Program-made: the position numbers and the translations under genes | Source: an uncultured Acidobacteriota bacterium | GTDB taxonomy: Bacteria; Acidobacteriota; Vicinamibacteria; Vicinamibacterales; 2-12-FULL-66-21 | Reading direction: 5' to 3' | Assembly (NCBI GenBank): GCA_963695655.1 | Contig: CAVOHG010000008.1 | Location: 909,380 to 973,379 of the forward strand | Length of the DNA stretch: 64,000 bases | Shown here: positions 1 through 13,595 of the stretch, one piece after another | How positions within the stretch are numbered: the first letter of the stretch is position 1 | Layout of the letters: each line of letters opens with the position of its first letter | The notes under the pieces: generated by a model | The model's database searches: none | Told to the model about the DNA's origin: nothing | Seen by the model: the letters and a program-made list of their open reading frames with translations, nothing else

Positions 1-1057
1 GCGCAGCCGGGCCGTGACGACGCGTTCGGCGTTCTTGGCAATTACCCGCTCGTCGGCCGGACGCGTGTTCACAATCGCCAGAAACGCTTCCCTCAGCTCG
101 CCGCCGTCGGTGACGACGGGAAAGTAGTGCTGGTGATGAACGAGCGTGGTGGTCAGGACTTCCTGCGGCAGCGCGAGGAAGCCGCGGTCGAAGAACCCGG
201 CGACGACGCCGGGATATTCGACCAGGTCGGCGACCTCTTCGAGCAACGCCGCGTGCTGCTTCAACTGGACGCGGCCGCCGAGGCGCCGCGCGTGCGCCTC
301 GAGATCGCGCGCGATGCGATCGCGCCGTTCGGTGTGCTCGAGGACGACGAAGTGTTCGGCGAGCCGGGCCCGGTACTCGTCGAAGCTGCGAACCTTGATC
401 GACCGCCCCGCACGCCCGCTCGTCGCCAGCACCCGATGCCCATACGTCAGGGCGCCGGTCTCGACATCGAGGACCTGGGCCCCGGCTGCTCCCGGCGTGC
501 GCCCGATCGTGAACGGCACGACGCGCCCGCCATACAGGAACAGCAGCCAGCGGATCGGCCGGCCGAACAGCAGTTCTCCGCGGCCGTCGTCGAGCTTCGC
601 GTCCCAGTGCATCTGCTTGGGGAACGCGAGATCCCGCAGCACGCCCCCGAGCAGTTCCGGAAGCGTGTCGACCGCGCTCTTGCCGCGGTGCCGCTTGTGA
701 TACGCGAGGTACTCGCCCTTCGGCGGTCGTGACGCGGGTCAGCTCTTCGAACGCCACGCCCTGCTTCTTCGCGAACCCGAGCGCCGCCGGGGTCGGCGTG
801 CCGTCGGCACCAAACGCCGCGGACACGGGAGGCCCGCTGATGGTCTCGTCGAGATCCTCCTGGCGCTCGGCGATCTTGCCGACGCGAGCGGTGAGCCGGC
901 GCGGGGTGCTGAAGCTTTCGATCGGCACACCGGGCGAGGCGATCCGGAGCGCGGTCAGCCGCGCGCCGACATGCTCGGCCAACTGCCTCGTGAGCGTGGG
1001 CATCCAGCCGGCCGGCAGCTCCTCGACGCCGATTTCAATCAGGAGTTCTCTATCCAT
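1..1057 (-). CDS. glyS: glycine--tRNA ligase beta subunit, N-terminal part (3' end beyond window); frame broken once near 715-722
   Basis: Manual minus-strand translation from ATG at 1057 gives [20 protein letters not shown]...[13 protein letters not shown]. After a 1-nt shift it continues [38 protein letters not shown]...HHQHYFPV. The start overlaps the glyQ stop (ATGGATAG), as in the glyQS operon. Confidence 0.85.
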   Translation of the reverse strand, partial: MDRELLIEIGVEELPAGWMPTLTRQLAEHVGARLTALRIASPGVPIESFSTPRRLTARVGKIAERQEDLDETISGPPVSAAFGADGTPTPAALGFAKKQGVAFEELTRVTTAEGRVPRVSQAAPRQERGRHASGTARGRAAGSRVPQADALGREARRRPRRTAVRPADPLAAVPVWRARRAVHDRAHAGSSRGPGPRCRDRRPDVWASGAGDERACGAVDQGSQLRRVPGPARRTLRRPRAHRTARSHRARSRGARAAPRRPRPVEAARGVARRGRRPGRISRRRRRVLRPRLPRAAAGSPDHHARSSPALLSRRHRRRRAEGSVSGDCEHASGRRAGNCQERRTRRHGPAA

Positions 1058-1937
1058 TCGAGGGCCGTAACTGCGGCGGCTCCTCGCCGACCCAGAATTT
1101 CGCAATCGCCACGGCCATCTGCCGGACGCGGAGGATGTACGCGGTCCGCTCCGTGACGCCGATCCCGCCGCTCGCGTCGAGCAGGTTGAACATGTGGGAA
1201 CACTTGAGGCAGTAGTCGAGGGCGGGCAGCGCCAGCCCGCTCCGGAGGAGGGTCTGCGACAAACCGTAATACTGATCGAAGAGGTTCCGGTGAAGCGCGT
1301 GCAGCTCCGCGGCCGGCATGTCGATCTGCCCGAACGCGTACTTCGACTGTTCGACTTCGTCCCGATGCCGCACTTCACGGTAGGTCACGCCCGGAGCCCA
1401 CTCGAGATCGAACACGTTGTCGACGTCCTGGAGCGCCATGGCGAAGCGCTCGAGTCCGTAGGTCAGCTCGACCGAAATCGGGGCGAGGTCGACGCCGCCG
1501 GCCTGCTGAAAATAGGTGAACTGCGTGATCTCCTGGCCGTCGAACAGCACCTGCCAGCCGATCCCCCAGGCGCCGAGCGTCGGCGACTCCCAGTTGTCCT
1601 CCTCGAAGCGCACGTCGTGGGCGCGAAGATCGATGCCGCAGGCTTCAAGGCTTTGCAGATAGAGGTGCTGCACTTCGTCAGGCGCGGGCTTCAAGATGAC
1701 CTGGAACTGCTGGTGCTTGAACAGCCGGTTGGGATTCTCGCCGAAACGGCCATCGGCCGGACGCCGCGACGGCTGCACGTAGGCGACGTTCCAGTGCGAC
1801 GGGCCGAGCACGCGGAGAAATGTCTCGGGATGCATCGTGCCGGCGCCCATCTCGATGTCGAGCGGCTGCTGCAGCAGGCAGCCTCGCGAAGCCCAGAACT
1901 CGGACAATTTGAAGATGAGCTGTTGCAGTGTGACCAT
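1050..1937 (-). CDS. glyQ: glycine--tRNA ligase alpha subunit
   Basis: Intact 295-aa [23 protein letters not shown]...[11 protein letters not shown]...[12 protein letters not shown] is the highly conserved GlyQ sequence. Confidence 0.97.
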   Translation of the reverse strand: MVTLQQLIFKLSEFWASRGCLLQQPLDIEMGAGTMHPETFLRVLGPSHWNVAYVQPSRRPADGRFGENPNRLFKHQQFQVILKPAPDEVQHLYLQSLEACGIDLRAHDVRFEEDNWESPTLGAWGIGWQVLFDGQEITQFTYFQQAGGVDLAPISVELTYGLERFAMALQDVDNVFDLEWAPGVTYREVRHRDEVEQSKYAFGQIDMPAAELHALHRNLFDQYYGLSQTLLRSGLALPALDYCLKCSHMFNLLDASGGIGVTERTAYILRVRQMAVAIAKFWVGEEPPQLRPSNG

Positions 1938-1950
1938 TCAATATCAAACG

Positions 1951-2021
1951 TTTCCAGTTACCGGTCGCCAGTCGCCAGTGAGTCAGGATTGCCTTTCCTG
2001 GCAACTGGAAACTGGTAACTG
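1951..2021. repeat. heptanucleotide repeat element, CCAGTNN family, two inverted arms
   Basis: Left arm is ccagtta ccggtcg ccagtcg ccagtga. Right arm is ctggcaa ctggaaa ctggtaa in opposite orientation. Lies between the recO stop and the glyQ start. Confidence 0.8.
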
Positions 2022-2032
2022 CCCGCTGGCCG

Positions 2033-2786
2033 CTACCGGTCTGAACCCCGCATCTCTCGCAGCACCCGCGCGGACTTCAAATCCTTGTCCAGGTGCACGG
2101 TCAGCAGCCGCCTGTGCACGGCTTCGAGTTCGCGTGCCGCTTTCGCCTCCGAGCAGCAACGAGTCCAGCGCGTCCGGCGCTGTCGCACTGGCCGCCTTCA
2201 GGAAGCGCAGGGCCTCGACACCAACCGGCGCGCCCCCGCTCGGCGCACACGCCCGGCACACGAACAGCTCGTCCCGGAGCGGCATGACGGCACCACCGGC
2301 CAGAGGTTCGCCGCAACCCGGACACGCACCGAGCGCAGGGTAGACGCCCTGCAGGCGCAGGATCCAGGTACTCGAAATACCTGGCCAGCGCGGTCGACCG
2401 GCACTCCGGTCGCAATCGCGTCCGTCACCGACGAACCAAGCCGGTACAAGCCGTTCGTCGGCATGGGCTTCCGGCGCCCACTCGTCGATGAGCTCGGCGA
2501 AGTACCCGACATGCCCGAGCGCGTCGCCGCTCGCCGCCGACAGCGGCGACCGGGTCAGCTCGACGTAGTTGATCCGGACGAGGTCGCGCTGCTCACGCTC
2601 GTAATACGCCACTCCGGCCCGCGTCATCGGCTCGAGCGCACCGATGAACTTCGACTTTGCCTTGCGCGCTCCCTTCGCGACGCCGCGCTTCTTGCCCCGG
2701 TCGCGCGTCAGGAACACCACGATCCGGTCGGATTCGCCCAGCTTGTAGGTACGAAGGATCAGCGCTTCGGACGTGTAAACGGGCAT
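2033..2786 (-). CDS. recO: DNA repair protein RecO, frame broken about four times (near 2449, 2389, 2366, 2150)
   Basis: N-terminus MPVYTSEALILRTYKLGESDRIVVFLTRDRGKKRGVAKGARK. Continuation is spread over three frames: YRLGSSVTDAIATGVPVDR / ALARYFEY / WILRLQGVYPALGACPGCGEPL (zinc finger) / EAKAARELEAVHRRLLTVHLDKDLKSARVLREM. Length is 3n+1. Confidence 0.8.
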
Positions 2787-2842
2787 TCAGGATGTCAGTC
2801 TTCGTACAGCCTGTGTGAACTCCTGCACTGCAGCCACTCATT

Positions 2843-4246
2843 CTACCCCGGCTGGTGCAGGTACTTCAGCATCACGGTCGCGAGCCCCAGGAACGAGAAA
2901 AAGCCGAACACGTCGGTCAGGGTCGTGATGAACACCGCCGACGCGAGCGCCGGGTCCACCTTCATCGCCCGCAGCGCCAGCGGAATCACCGTCCCGGCGG
3001 TTGCGGCCACGAACATGTTGATGACCATCGCCATCGCCAGGATCGCCGCGAGCACCCGGTCGCCGCTGAAGAGCCAGACGACGACCGCGCCGACGAGCCC
3101 GCACGCGATGCCGTTCCCGACGCCGACCGAGGCTTCCTTGAACAGCGCCTTGCGCGAGTTGCCCCACGTCAGTTCGCCGAGCGCGATCCCGCGCACGATC
3201 ACCGTCAGCGTCTGCGTCGCCGCGTTGCCGCCCATGCCGGCGACGACCGGCATGAACACCGCGAGGGCGACGACTTTGTCGATCGTTCGCGAGAACAGCG
3301 CGACGACGGAGGCGGCCAGGAATGCGGTCGCGAGGTTGACGATCAGCCACGGCAGCCGCTTGCGCAGCGAATCCCACGACGAGGTGAAGACGCGATCGTC
3401 GCCGGCCACACCGGCGAGCCGGTAGACGTCCTCGGTCGCTTCGTCCTTGATGACGTCGATGACGTCGTCGACCGTGATGACGCCGACGAGCTTGTTCTCT
3501 TCGTCGACGACAGGGATCGCGAGCAGGTTGTAGGAGGCCACCTGCCGCGCGACCTCCTCCTGATCCATGTCCGCGCGCACGCTGATCAGATCGGTGGTCA
3601 TGATCCGCTTGAGCGGCGTATCAGGCGCGACGAGCAGGAGCCGGCGGAGGGAGACGACGCCGACGAGATGGCGGCGGACGTCGATCACATAGAGATAGAA
3701 GACGACTTCGACGTCGCGGGAGCCCTGGAGCGCAACGATCGATTCCCCGGCGGTCATGTCCTCGGCCAGCGCGAAGACCTTCGGGTTCATGATGCGCCCG
3801 GCGGTCTGCTCCTTGTACTCGAGCAGTTCACCGACGTCGCCGCCGGTCGGCCGCTTCTGCATCAGCTCGAGCACCGAAGCCGACAGCTCCTCGGGCAGAT
3901 AGTCGATGAGGGCGGCGGCGTCGTCCGACGGCAGGTCCTGCAGCAGCTTGCCGATTTCTTCGGCGGAGCGGTCGGCGAGCAGCGCCGCACCGGCTTCGGG
4001 ACCGAGCTCGCTCAGTCCCTCCATCGCGAGCCGGCTGTTGCGGTCGGCAAGCACCGAGAATGCGGTTTGCCGTTCGCGTTCCGGCAGCTCTGAAAAGAGC
4101 TGCGCGAGATCCGCCGGATGCTGCTTCTGAAGCAGGTTGACCAGGTTGGCCGTCGCCCCCATGCGCATGAGGCGCTTCACGGAGTCGAGCACGACATCGA
4201 GCTTGCGCTGGGGCATAGGAGTATCCGCGCTATGAGTGGGAACCAC
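2843..4246 (-). CDS. mgtE: magnesium transporter MgtE
   Basis: Intact 467-aa ORF with MgtE N-domain, tandem CBS (LVGVVSLRRLL, LVGVITVDDVIDVI) and C-terminal TM domain (GMGGNAATQTLTVIVRGIALGE). True start may be the internal MPQRKL. Confidence 0.95.
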   Translation of the reverse strand: MVPTHSADTPMPQRKLDVVLDSVKRLMRMGATANLVNLLQKQHPADLAQLFSELPERERQTAFSVLADRNSRLAMEGLSELGPEAGAALLADRSAEEIGKLLQDLPSDDAAALIDYLPEELSASVLELMQKRPTGGDVGELLEYKEQTAGRIMNPKVFALAEDMTAGESIVALQGSRDVEVVFYLYVIDVRRHLVGVVSLRRLLLVAPDTPLKRIMTTDLISVRADMDQEEVARQVASYNLLAIPVVDEENKLVGVITVDDVIDVIKDEATEDVYRLAGVAGDDRVFTSSWDSLRKRLPWLIVNLATAFLAASVVALFSRTIDKVVALAVFMPVVAGMGGNAATQTLTVIVRGIALGELTWGNSRKALFKEASVGVGNGIACGLVGAVVVWLFSGDRVLAAILAMAMVINMFVAATAGTVIPLALRAMKVDPALASAVFITTLTDVFGFFSFLGLATVMLKYLHQPG

Positions 4247-4299
4247 TCAATTTAACACATCGACCCGCGCGCGCAGTCGGATGTTCGCCTCCGGAAGTA

Positions 4300-4331
4300 C
4301 AAAAAAACACGGTGGCGATTCGCCACCGTGT
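4300..4331 (-). terminator. rho-independent terminator downstream of the 4374-5290 gene
   Basis: Perfect 11-bp stem acacggtggcg / cgccaccgtgt with a 3-nt loop. On the minus strand it is followed by a run of 7 T (aaaaaaa at 4301-4307 on plus). Confidence 0.8.
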
Positions 4332-4373
4332 TCCGATTCTCCGCGCCGATGACACGCGACCGTCGGTCAGGCG

Positions 4374-5290
4374 CTACTCCGGGCTCTTGATCTCCGACTT
4401 GCGCAGGTTGTGCTCCGCCGGGACGACGAACAGCGACGCGTCCGGTTCCGCCCGCACGATGTTGACCAGCCGATACACCGTCTCGCCAGTTCGCGGATCG
4501 CTGTGCTTCGTGAGGACGAGCACCTTCAGCTCCGGAGAAAACCATTCCTCCGACACGACCTTGATCGGCTGCAGGTTCCCGATCGCACCGGCAGGGATGG
4601 TCGTCGTCGTCAGCGTGCCGGTTGCGGTAACGCCTTCGATCGTCGAGGTGCCCAGGTCTTCATGCGCGACCTGTCCGTTCCGTGACACCGTCCGAGACGG
4701 TGCGCTGGAGCATGAACGTCGGTCCGCGCGTGAGCTTCGGCCTCCGCCTTCGTCTCCCGGCTCGACTCGCTTTTCGAACATGACGTCGCCGCCGCCGAAT
4801 GCCGCGATGTTGCCCTCTGAACTCCACGACGTCCGGAGGGCCGTCGTGTCTCGAGACGATCTTCGTCTCCGGGCCGGCCATGGTTTCGCGCATGTTCTGC
4901 TCGAACACGTAATTCGTGCCCGTCTGCGGGTCGACGATGAACGTGCTTTCGACGGCGCCGCTCTCTGCGATCTGATCGCGACGGGTCCGGCCGTCGCTGT
5001 CGCGATAGACGCGCGTCGTCACTTTGCGATTGATGCGGTTGCCATCCGGCAGCGTCTGCGTCGACTCGGTCACGGCCTCGGCCGAATACGGCGCGCCGGC
5101 TGTCGTCCGCATCTCGACCGGCATTCTCTCCTTCATCCTGCCGACGACTCTCAGTTGCCCCTCGCGCATCACCGACTGGCTCGGCCGGACTGCTTGTCGG
5201 ACCACGTCCTGGCGGATGCGGACTGTCGTCAGACGTCTGCGCGGCGACGGGCGACGCACACCCGACCAGCAGCACTAACGGCGATCGCAT
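4374..5290 (-). CDS. putative lipoprotein of unknown function, frame broken at least 3 times
   Basis: Start MRSPLVLLVGCASPVAAQ (lipobox LVGC). The body is recovered from three frames: PYSAEAVTESTQTLPDGNRINRKVTTRVYRDSDGRTRRDQI...; VMFEKRVEPGDEGGG; STIEGVTATGTLTTTTIPAGAIGNLQPIKVVSEEWFSPELKVLVLTKHSDPRTGETVYRLVNI. Confidence 0.5.
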
Positions 5291-5294
5291 GATT

Positions 5295-5912
5295 TTTCAT
5301 TGTCTGCTCCGTGAAGATGATGACGAATTCCGAGGAACTGGTGACGACCCGGATGGCGCGAGGTTCGCCGTCCTGGCCGACGAGCACATCTGCCTGGACC
5401 GGACTTCTTCCTGCCGGCGGCTGAGATGTCCACTCCGAATGCGACAAGCGCGGAGAGCTCGAGATCCATGCGGACGATCGAGCCACTCTCGAACGTCGGG
5501 AGACTCGCGGCTCCCGGGAGCGCGATGAACGCGGCCGGCTTGACCGCCGGCGCATCCTGCCGACCCGAACGAACAGCCGGTCGAGACGGCTTCGGCCGTA
5601 TGCCGCCGCTTACGTGCGAAGCGTCGCGGCGCCGCACTCGCGTCAGCCACCCCGGTGCGCTGGAGACCGACGCGATGTTCTCGACTGCCTGCGAAGCCGT
5701 GGGAGGCGCCTCCGTCACAACCTGCGACGGTCGAGGAACGACGTGCAGGCTTCGCCACGTCGCACCGGCTGCAGCGGCAGGATCGCGAGCGCCGCAGCAA
5801 TGCCGATCCATCGTGCCCGGTGGCGCCGGACCGGGCCGGCCTGGTGGTGATGCTGTGAAAAGGCGTCCAGCAGCCGCCGCTCCATGTGGGCCACGGCTTC
5901 CGGACTCATCAC
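5295..5912 (-). CDS. putative anti-sigma factor, fragmented; 3' end uncertain
   Basis: MMSPEAVAHMERRLLDAF followed by a TM segment (WIGIAAALAILPL), immediately downstream of the ECF sigma gene. C-terminal pieces (LPGAASLPTFESGSIVRMDLELSALVAFGVDI, PVQADVLVGQDGEPRAIRVV) lie in other frames. Confidence 0.45.
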
Positions 5913-5957
5913 TTCGCCAGCATCTGCGAGAGGGTACGGAACGTCGATTCGGCGCGG

Positions 5958-6567
5958 TCATGCGATGCACCTCTTTCCTGGCGTGCCGGCGCTGTCGGCA
6001 CGCAACTTTGCCGCGAGCAATGCACGCCCGCGGTGGAGCCTCGAGCGCACGGTCCCGACGGCACACTCGAGGGCGGCGGCCGCATCCGCGTAGTTCAGCT
6101 CCTGGAGGTCACAGAGGGCGACGACTTCCCTGTAGTGCAGCGGCAGGGTCATCAACGCGCTGCGCAGATCGCGGAACTGCTCCGCCCGAGCGAGCGCCTC
6201 GAGCGGATGCGGGGTGTCGTTCTCCACCTCGATGTCCGGCTCACCGTCGTCTGTCTCGACCAGCGCGACCAGCCTGCTGTCGCGCGCCAGCCGTCTCCGC
6301 GCGTGATTCCGGGCGATGCCGCACAGCCACGGCAAAGACACCCGAGCGGCCCGGCACGTATCGATCGGCCTCCCGGATCAGCGTCATGAAGGCGTCCTGC
6401 GTGACGTCCTCTGCCATGGCCGGCGACCCGGTGAGGTGAAGAGCGAACCTGTAAACCTGCGGTTGCCGTCGCCGGAAGAGCGCCGTGAACGCGGCGGCGT
6501 CGCCCGCCGCCATCTTCTCCAGCAGCTCGTCGTCGGCAGGTTCGCCGGCGAAGGGTTCGCAGGTCAT
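5958..6567 (-). CDS. ECF-type RNA polymerase sigma-70 family factor, one frameshift near 6335
   Basis: Region 2 is in ORF 6241-6567 (AAFTALFRRRQPQVYRFALHLTGSPAMAEDVTQDAFMTLIR). Region 4 is in ORF 5958-6341 (LPLHYREVVALCDLQELNYADAAAALECAVGTVRSRLHRGRALL). Length is 3n+1. Confidence 0.8.
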
Positions 6568-6640
6568 ACGGTGCTGGATTCGACGCCCACACCGGGTATT
6601 CAGTTTGAGGGGCGGGAAAGTTCCCGGAAGTTGAAGGAGG

Positions 6641-7608
6641 CTACGATCGAGATCGGCTGGGCCGGCCGGCGCGCGGCTTCCTCGAGCCCCGTGGCTGGTG
6701 GGACGTGCGTGCCTTGCCCTCTGATTTCGGCACGCCGATGTCGTCGAGCGCGCGGTCGTTGTCTCTCCACGCGGCGTTCACCTTCACGCGCAGGTCGAGG
6801 AAGACCTTGGTGCCGAAGAATTGTTCGAGATCGTGTCGGGCTTCGGTCCCGATCCGCTTGATCATCTCACCGGCGCGCCCGATCACGATCGGCTTCTGTG
6901 AATCGGTTTCGACGTAAATGGTGCAATACAGTCGAAGAATGCGATCGCGGTCCGCCTCGTCGAACTGATCGACGACGACCGCGGTCGAAAACGGCAGTTC
7001 GGCACGCGTGTTCTGGAGCACCTTCTCGCGCACGGTCTCGGCGACAATCGTCCGTTCGGGCTGGTCGGTCAGGTAGTCGGCCGGGAACCCGGGCTCGCCT
7101 TCCGGCATCTGCTCGAGCATCAGACGTTCGAGGCGTTCGACGCCGTCCCCGGTGGCGGCAGACACCGGCACGATCGCGGCGAACTCGTGCCACTTCTGCA
7201 CCTCCTCCATGAGCGGCAGCAACCGCGCCTTCGCGACCAGGTCGATCTTGTTGAGGACGAGCACGACCGGGATGGTCACGTTCTTGAGAAGGTTCGACAC
7301 GTACTCGTCCCCGTGGCCCGGGACGGGTCGCGGCATCGAACACGAGCACGACGAGGTCCACCTCGCGGAGCGTCTCGACCGCCGCGTCAACCATCCTGCA
7401 CGTTCAGGCGGTGGAGCGGACGATGGATGCCGGGCGTGTCGACGAACACGACCTGCCCGTCCTCGTAGGTCTTGACCGCGAGGATGCGGTGCCGGGTCGT
7501 CTGCGGCTTGTCGGAGACAATGGCGACCTTGGTGCCGATGATCCGGTTGAGCAGCGTGGATTTGCCCGCATTCGGGCGGCCGATGAACGAGACGTACCCG
7601 GTCTTCAT
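6641..7608 (-). CDS. era: GTPase Era, two frameshifts (near 7395 and 7325)
   Basis: [42 protein letters not shown] (G1 motif), then [21 protein letters not shown], then [10 protein letters not shown] ... a KH domain ([23 protein letters not shown]), in three frames. Confidence 0.9.
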
Positions 7609-7614
7609 TCCGGC

Positions 7615-8891
7615 TCAGCGCTCGACTTCCGCGGCGGCCGGCGTCGCCGCCAGGCGCACGCGTACCTTGTGGATGCGGCGGCGCTCGGCCTCGAGGACTT
7701 CGACCTGGAGTCCGTCGAGCTCGAACGATTCGCCGACGGCCGGGACGCGGCCGACGCGCGTCAGCACGTAGCCGCCCACGGTCTCGAAGCCGTCCGGGTC
7801 GATCTCGACGCCAAGCCGATCGCGAACTTCGTCGATGTTCACCTTCGCGCTGAACACGAACGACCCATGTGCCCTCGTCGACGATCGGCTCGCTTTCGAC
7901 GTCGTACTCGTCGCGGATCTCGCCGACGATCTCCTCGAGCAGATCCTCGATCGTCACCAGCCCGGCGGTGCCGCCGTATTCGTCGACGACGATCGCGATC
8001 TGCACCTGCTTGCGCTGGAACTCCTTCAGCATCTCCGGAACGCGCTTGGTTTCGGGCACGAACGTCGCCGGCCGGACCAGCCGCTGCAGATCCCGATCGA
8101 GCCGCATCGTCCCGGTTTCGGCGCCGGTGAGACGAATCAGGTCCTTCACGAACACCATGCCGGCGATGTTGTCGAGATTCTCGGTGTAGACGGGGATGCG
8201 GGAATACTCCTGCTCGCGAAACAGCGCGCGGAGATCGTCGAGCGTGGCGTCGGCCCGAATCGCCACCATGTCCGGCCGCGGCGTCATCACTTCGCGGACG
8301 AGCGTGTCGCCGAAATCGACGATCGACTGGAGCAGCTTGCGCCGATCGCCCTCGATCAGGCCCTGGTCGTCGACCGGGTCCGTCTCCTCCGGGGCAATCC
8401 CCGAATCGGTGGCAGTCGGGGCATTGTTGACAGGAGGATCGGTGCGCTCGCGCCTGCCCTCCGCGGTGATGAGCTTCACCAGCGGTCCGGTCAGCGGGTG
8501 GAGGAATCTGGCGACGACATCGAACGGCGGCAGGAGCACCTCGAGCACGCGCTCCGGATTGCGGCGCACGATCAGCAGCGGCAGCACGTGCGCACAGACG
8601 AGTATGAACAAGGCGAGGAAGACAAGCAGCAGGCCGATCGACTTGCAGCCCGGCGCGCCCGGTGAGGAGCACGATGAACATCGTGGACAGCGAGAAAATG
8701 ATCCCGAGGAGCAGCCGTGCGGGGAGGAACAGCTGTATCGGGTCGTCGAGATAGAACCCGAGGCGGTCGGCACGGCCGCCGCGTTCCGCCATCAGGCGGA
8801 GCGAGAGGCGCATGAGGGCGCTGAAGGCCGTCTCGATGATGCCGACGTAGACAGCGGCAATCGCGAGCAGGAACAGGAGAAGCGGGCTCAC
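7615..8891 (-). CDS. corC: HlyC/CorC family transporter (DUF21-CBS pair-CorC_HlyC), two frameshifts (near 8645 and 7862)
   Basis: GTG start overlaps the ybeY stop (GTGA). TM N-terminus SPLLLFLLAIAAVYVGIIETAFSAL, CBS region VREVMTPRPDMVAI...IPVY...AIVVDEYGGTAGLVTIEDLLEEIVGEIRDEYD, C-terminal domain in ORF 7615-7857. Confidence 0.85.
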
Positions 8892-9356
8892 GGCCGTGAC
8901 CGCTCGATCAGGCCAGCGGCAAGCCCGCCCTTCCGGCGCAGGCGCGCCTCGAGCCGTGCCATCCGGCCATTGTCCTTCGTGTCGTGATGGTCGAAGCCAA
9001 GCAGGTGGAGCAGGCCGTGCAGCGCCAGCACGCGCAGTTCGGTGTTGTACGTGTGGCCCGCTTCGCGCGCCTGGCGTCTGGCGACGCCGGTCGCGATGAC
9101 GATGTCGCCGAGTTCCGGCACGGCGGAGCCGAGCCCGGCCGCCTCCGGAACCTGGAAACGAGAGCACGTCCGTCGCCGCGTCCTTGTGCCGGTACAACCG
9201 ATTGAGTTTCCGGACGTGGGCGTCGGAGACGAGCGCTACCGCCACTTCGCCGCGCACGCGTGGCGGCGCGACGGCGGCAAGCCATCGCGCGAGGCCGCCG
9301 TCCGCGACCGCGCGGCCGCGCCCGTCGGAAATCGCGACCGTGAGCCCGGGGCTCAT
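8888..9356 (-). CDS. ybeY: rRNA maturation endoribonuclease YbeY, one frameshift near 9125
   Basis: N-part MSPGLTVAISDG...LNRLYRHKDAATDVLSFP. C-part has the zinc motif HGLLHLLGFDHH. Length is 3n+1. Confidence 0.85.
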
Positions 9357-9405
9357 CGCTCGGCCACGCTCGCCAGGGCGCCGGAGGCGCCGCGGCGGCT
9401 GACGT

Positions 9406-10355
9406 TTACTGTCGGGATCCACCGTAAGCTTCGTACGCTTTCACGATCTGCTGCACGAGCGGGTGTCGCACCACGTCCTTCTCGTCGAAGTGGTGAAGGA
9501 TATACCTTCGACGTTGCCCACGATCTTCATCGCCTCGACCAGCCCCGATGCCTTGGCGTTCGGCAGGTCGATCTGGGTGATGTCGCCGGTGATCACGGCC
9601 TTCGATCCGAACCCGAGCCGGGTCAGGAACATCTTCATCTGCTCGGACGTGGTGTTCTGCGCTTCGTCGAGAATGACGAACGCATCGTTGAGCGTGCGGC
9701 CGCGCATGAACGCAATCGGCGCCACTTCGATCGTGCCGCGTTCGAGCAGGCGATCGGCCCGCTCGATTTCGAGCATGTCGTAGAGCGCGTCGTACAGCGG
9801 CCGGAGGTAAGGATTGACCTTCTCCTGGAGATCGCCGGGCAGAAAGCCGAGCTTCTCGCCGGCTTCGACCGCAGGCCGCGCCAGGATGATCCGGCTGACC
9901 TTCTTGGCGAGCAGATAGGAGACGGCCTGCGCCATTGCCAGGTAGGTCTTGCCCGTGCCGGCCGGTCCGATGCCGAAGACGATGTCGTGCTTTTCGATCG
10001 CGTCCAGGTAGCGCCGCTGGTTGACGCTCTTGGGCATCACCTGCCGCTTCCCGGACGTGCGGGCGGCACCGCGGAGGAAGTAGTCCGACAACTCGACGGT
10101 CTCGTCCTGCGAGACAAGCTGAGACGCCGTCTTCACGTCACCCTTCCCGAGCTTGTAACCGCCCCGGATCAACCCGGCGAGCTGTTCGAGCACCCGCTCG
10201 GCACGGGCGACGTCCTGGGCTTCTCCCTCGACGATCACTTCGTGACCGTTCGTGCGAATCCGGACGGAGAACTGCCCTTCGAGTTGTTTGAGGTTTTCGT
10301 CGTAGGTTCCGTAGAGTGACTCGGCTCCTTCGTCGGGCACCGAGACCTTGCGCAT
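9406..10355 (-). CDS. phoH: PhoH-like ATPase (YbeZ), one frameshift near 9497
   Basis: Walker [22 protein letters not shown]. The listed ORF ends aberrantly ([12 protein letters not shown]). Shifting one nt restores [25 protein letters not shown] with a stop at 9406. Confidence 0.9.
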
Positions 10356-10451
10356 GACGGTGGCAGGAGGGATAGCGTAACTCCTTGTAAAGACTGCCTG
10401 TTACTACGCTGATTCTACCATTGTTCGCGACCCGGCCTCAGGTACCCGGCC

Positions 10452-12218
<1,767 letters not shown>

Positions 12219-12227
12219 GCTCTCGTT

Positions 12228-12274
12228 CAGGGTTCGGCGGGTTCGGGGTTCAGGGTTCAGGTTCCGGGTTCGCC
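12228..12274. repeat. heptanucleotide repeat array, GGGTTCR family
   Basis: gggttcg gcgggttcg gggttca gggttca ggttccgggttcg. It overlaps the last codons of hisS. Confidence 0.75.
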
Positions 12275-13595
12275 AGACGACAGGCGGGTCACGACATCGC
12301 GCACCTGTGTCCGCGGCATGGACACCTGCTCACCGGTGCTCAGGTTCTTGATCGCCACCTCGCCACGGGCGATCTCGTCGGCGCCGAGGATCGCCGCGAA
12401 CGGTATCGATCTGGTCGCCGCATACTTCATCTGCTTTCCGAGCTTGTCGGGCTCGGGGTAGACCTCGACGCGCACGCCGTCGTGACGCAGTTCGGCCGCA
12501 AGCGCAAGCGCATCGGGGATCGTCGCTTCGTCGAAGAGCGATACGAGCAGATCCGCCGAGGCGCCGTCGATCGACGGCGGGAACATCGCCGCGCTCCCCC
12601 ATGACGACGAGGATCCGCTCCAGCCCGAGCGAAAACCCGCAGGCCGGGACCTCTTCGCCGAGGAACATGCCAATCAATCCGTCATACCGCCCACCACCGC
12701 CGAGGCTGCCGGCAAGGTCGGGCACGGCCACTTCCATGATCGCGCCGGTGTAGTACGACAGGCCACGCGCGAGGCTGACATCGAGCTCCACATGGGAGGC
12801 GGCGCTGCCGCGCGAGCAGAGGTGCATGATCTCTTCGAGCTCCGCAGCCCCCCGGACCGCCGCCGGATCGGCAGCGACGATCTCCGCCACGCGCGTGAGC
12901 GGCAGACGCGCCTTGAACGTGTCCACCACCCCTCGCGCCGCCGTCGCCACGAGGCCACGCTCGACGAGCTCCCGCTCGACGCCGTCGGCGCCGATCTTGT
13001 CGAGTTTGTCGATGGCGACGAGCGCCGACCCATGGAGCGCAGGAGGAACACCCGCCGCCGACAGCAGACCCGTCAGCAGCGCGCGGTGATTGAGCCGGAT
13101 CTTGAAATCGCGGAAACCAAGCGCGTGCAGCACGTCGCTGACCGCCGCACACAGCTCCGCTTCGACCACCATGGACCGCGAACCGATCGCGTCGACGTCG
13201 CACTGGAAGAACTCGCGGAAGCGGCCCCTCGCCGGCCGGTCCGCACGCCACACCGGCTGGATCTGATACCGCTTGAAAAACTTCGGCAGCTTGCCGCGAT
13301 ATTCCGCGACGACGCGCGCGAGCGGGACGGTGAGATCGTAGCGAAGCGCCAGGTCGGTCTCGCCGGAGGATTCGCGCTCACCGCGGCGAAGCACCTTGAA
13401 GATCAGCTGGCTGCCTTCTTCGCCGTACTTGCCCGTCAGCGTCTCGATGTTCTCGAGCGCCGGCGTCTCGAGCGGCTCGAATCCATAACGCCGGTACACA
13501 GCCGAGATGACGCCGATGACGTAATCGCGCCGGCGCACGTCCTCGGGCAGGAAGTCGCGCATGCCGCGCGCCGGCCTCGTCTGCTGCGACGCCAT
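12257..13595 (-). CDS. hisS: histidine--tRNA ligase, one frameshift near 12600
   Basis: [51 protein letters not shown]. The anticodon-binding domain continues in ORF 12257-12673 ([32 protein letters not shown]). Length is 3n+1. Confidence 0.92.

Noticed and set aside
4247-4299. Possible M-box (Mg) riboswitch upstream of mgtE.
   Set aside because: Only about 50 nt separate the terminator of the upstream gene from the mgtE start. That is far too short for the ~160-nt M-box.
6568-6640. ECF-type autoregulated promoter upstream of the ECF sigma gene (a GGAAC motif is present).
   Set aside because: No CGTC-type -10 element lies at the required 16-17 nt spacing. The nearest is about 34 nt away.
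6641-8773. 710-aa ORF that looks like a fusion of a CBS-domain transporter and the GTPase Era.
   Set aside because: Only the ends match real proteins (CorC middle part, Era C-terminus). The centre is Arg/Pro-rich out-of-frame sequence. It results from frameshifts linking frames of two adjacent genes.
10356-10451. TAGAAT -10-like box upstream of phoH.
   Set aside because: No convincing -35 element at 17 nt spacing, and this is a single hexamer match in a 96-nt spacer. It is too weak to report as a feature.
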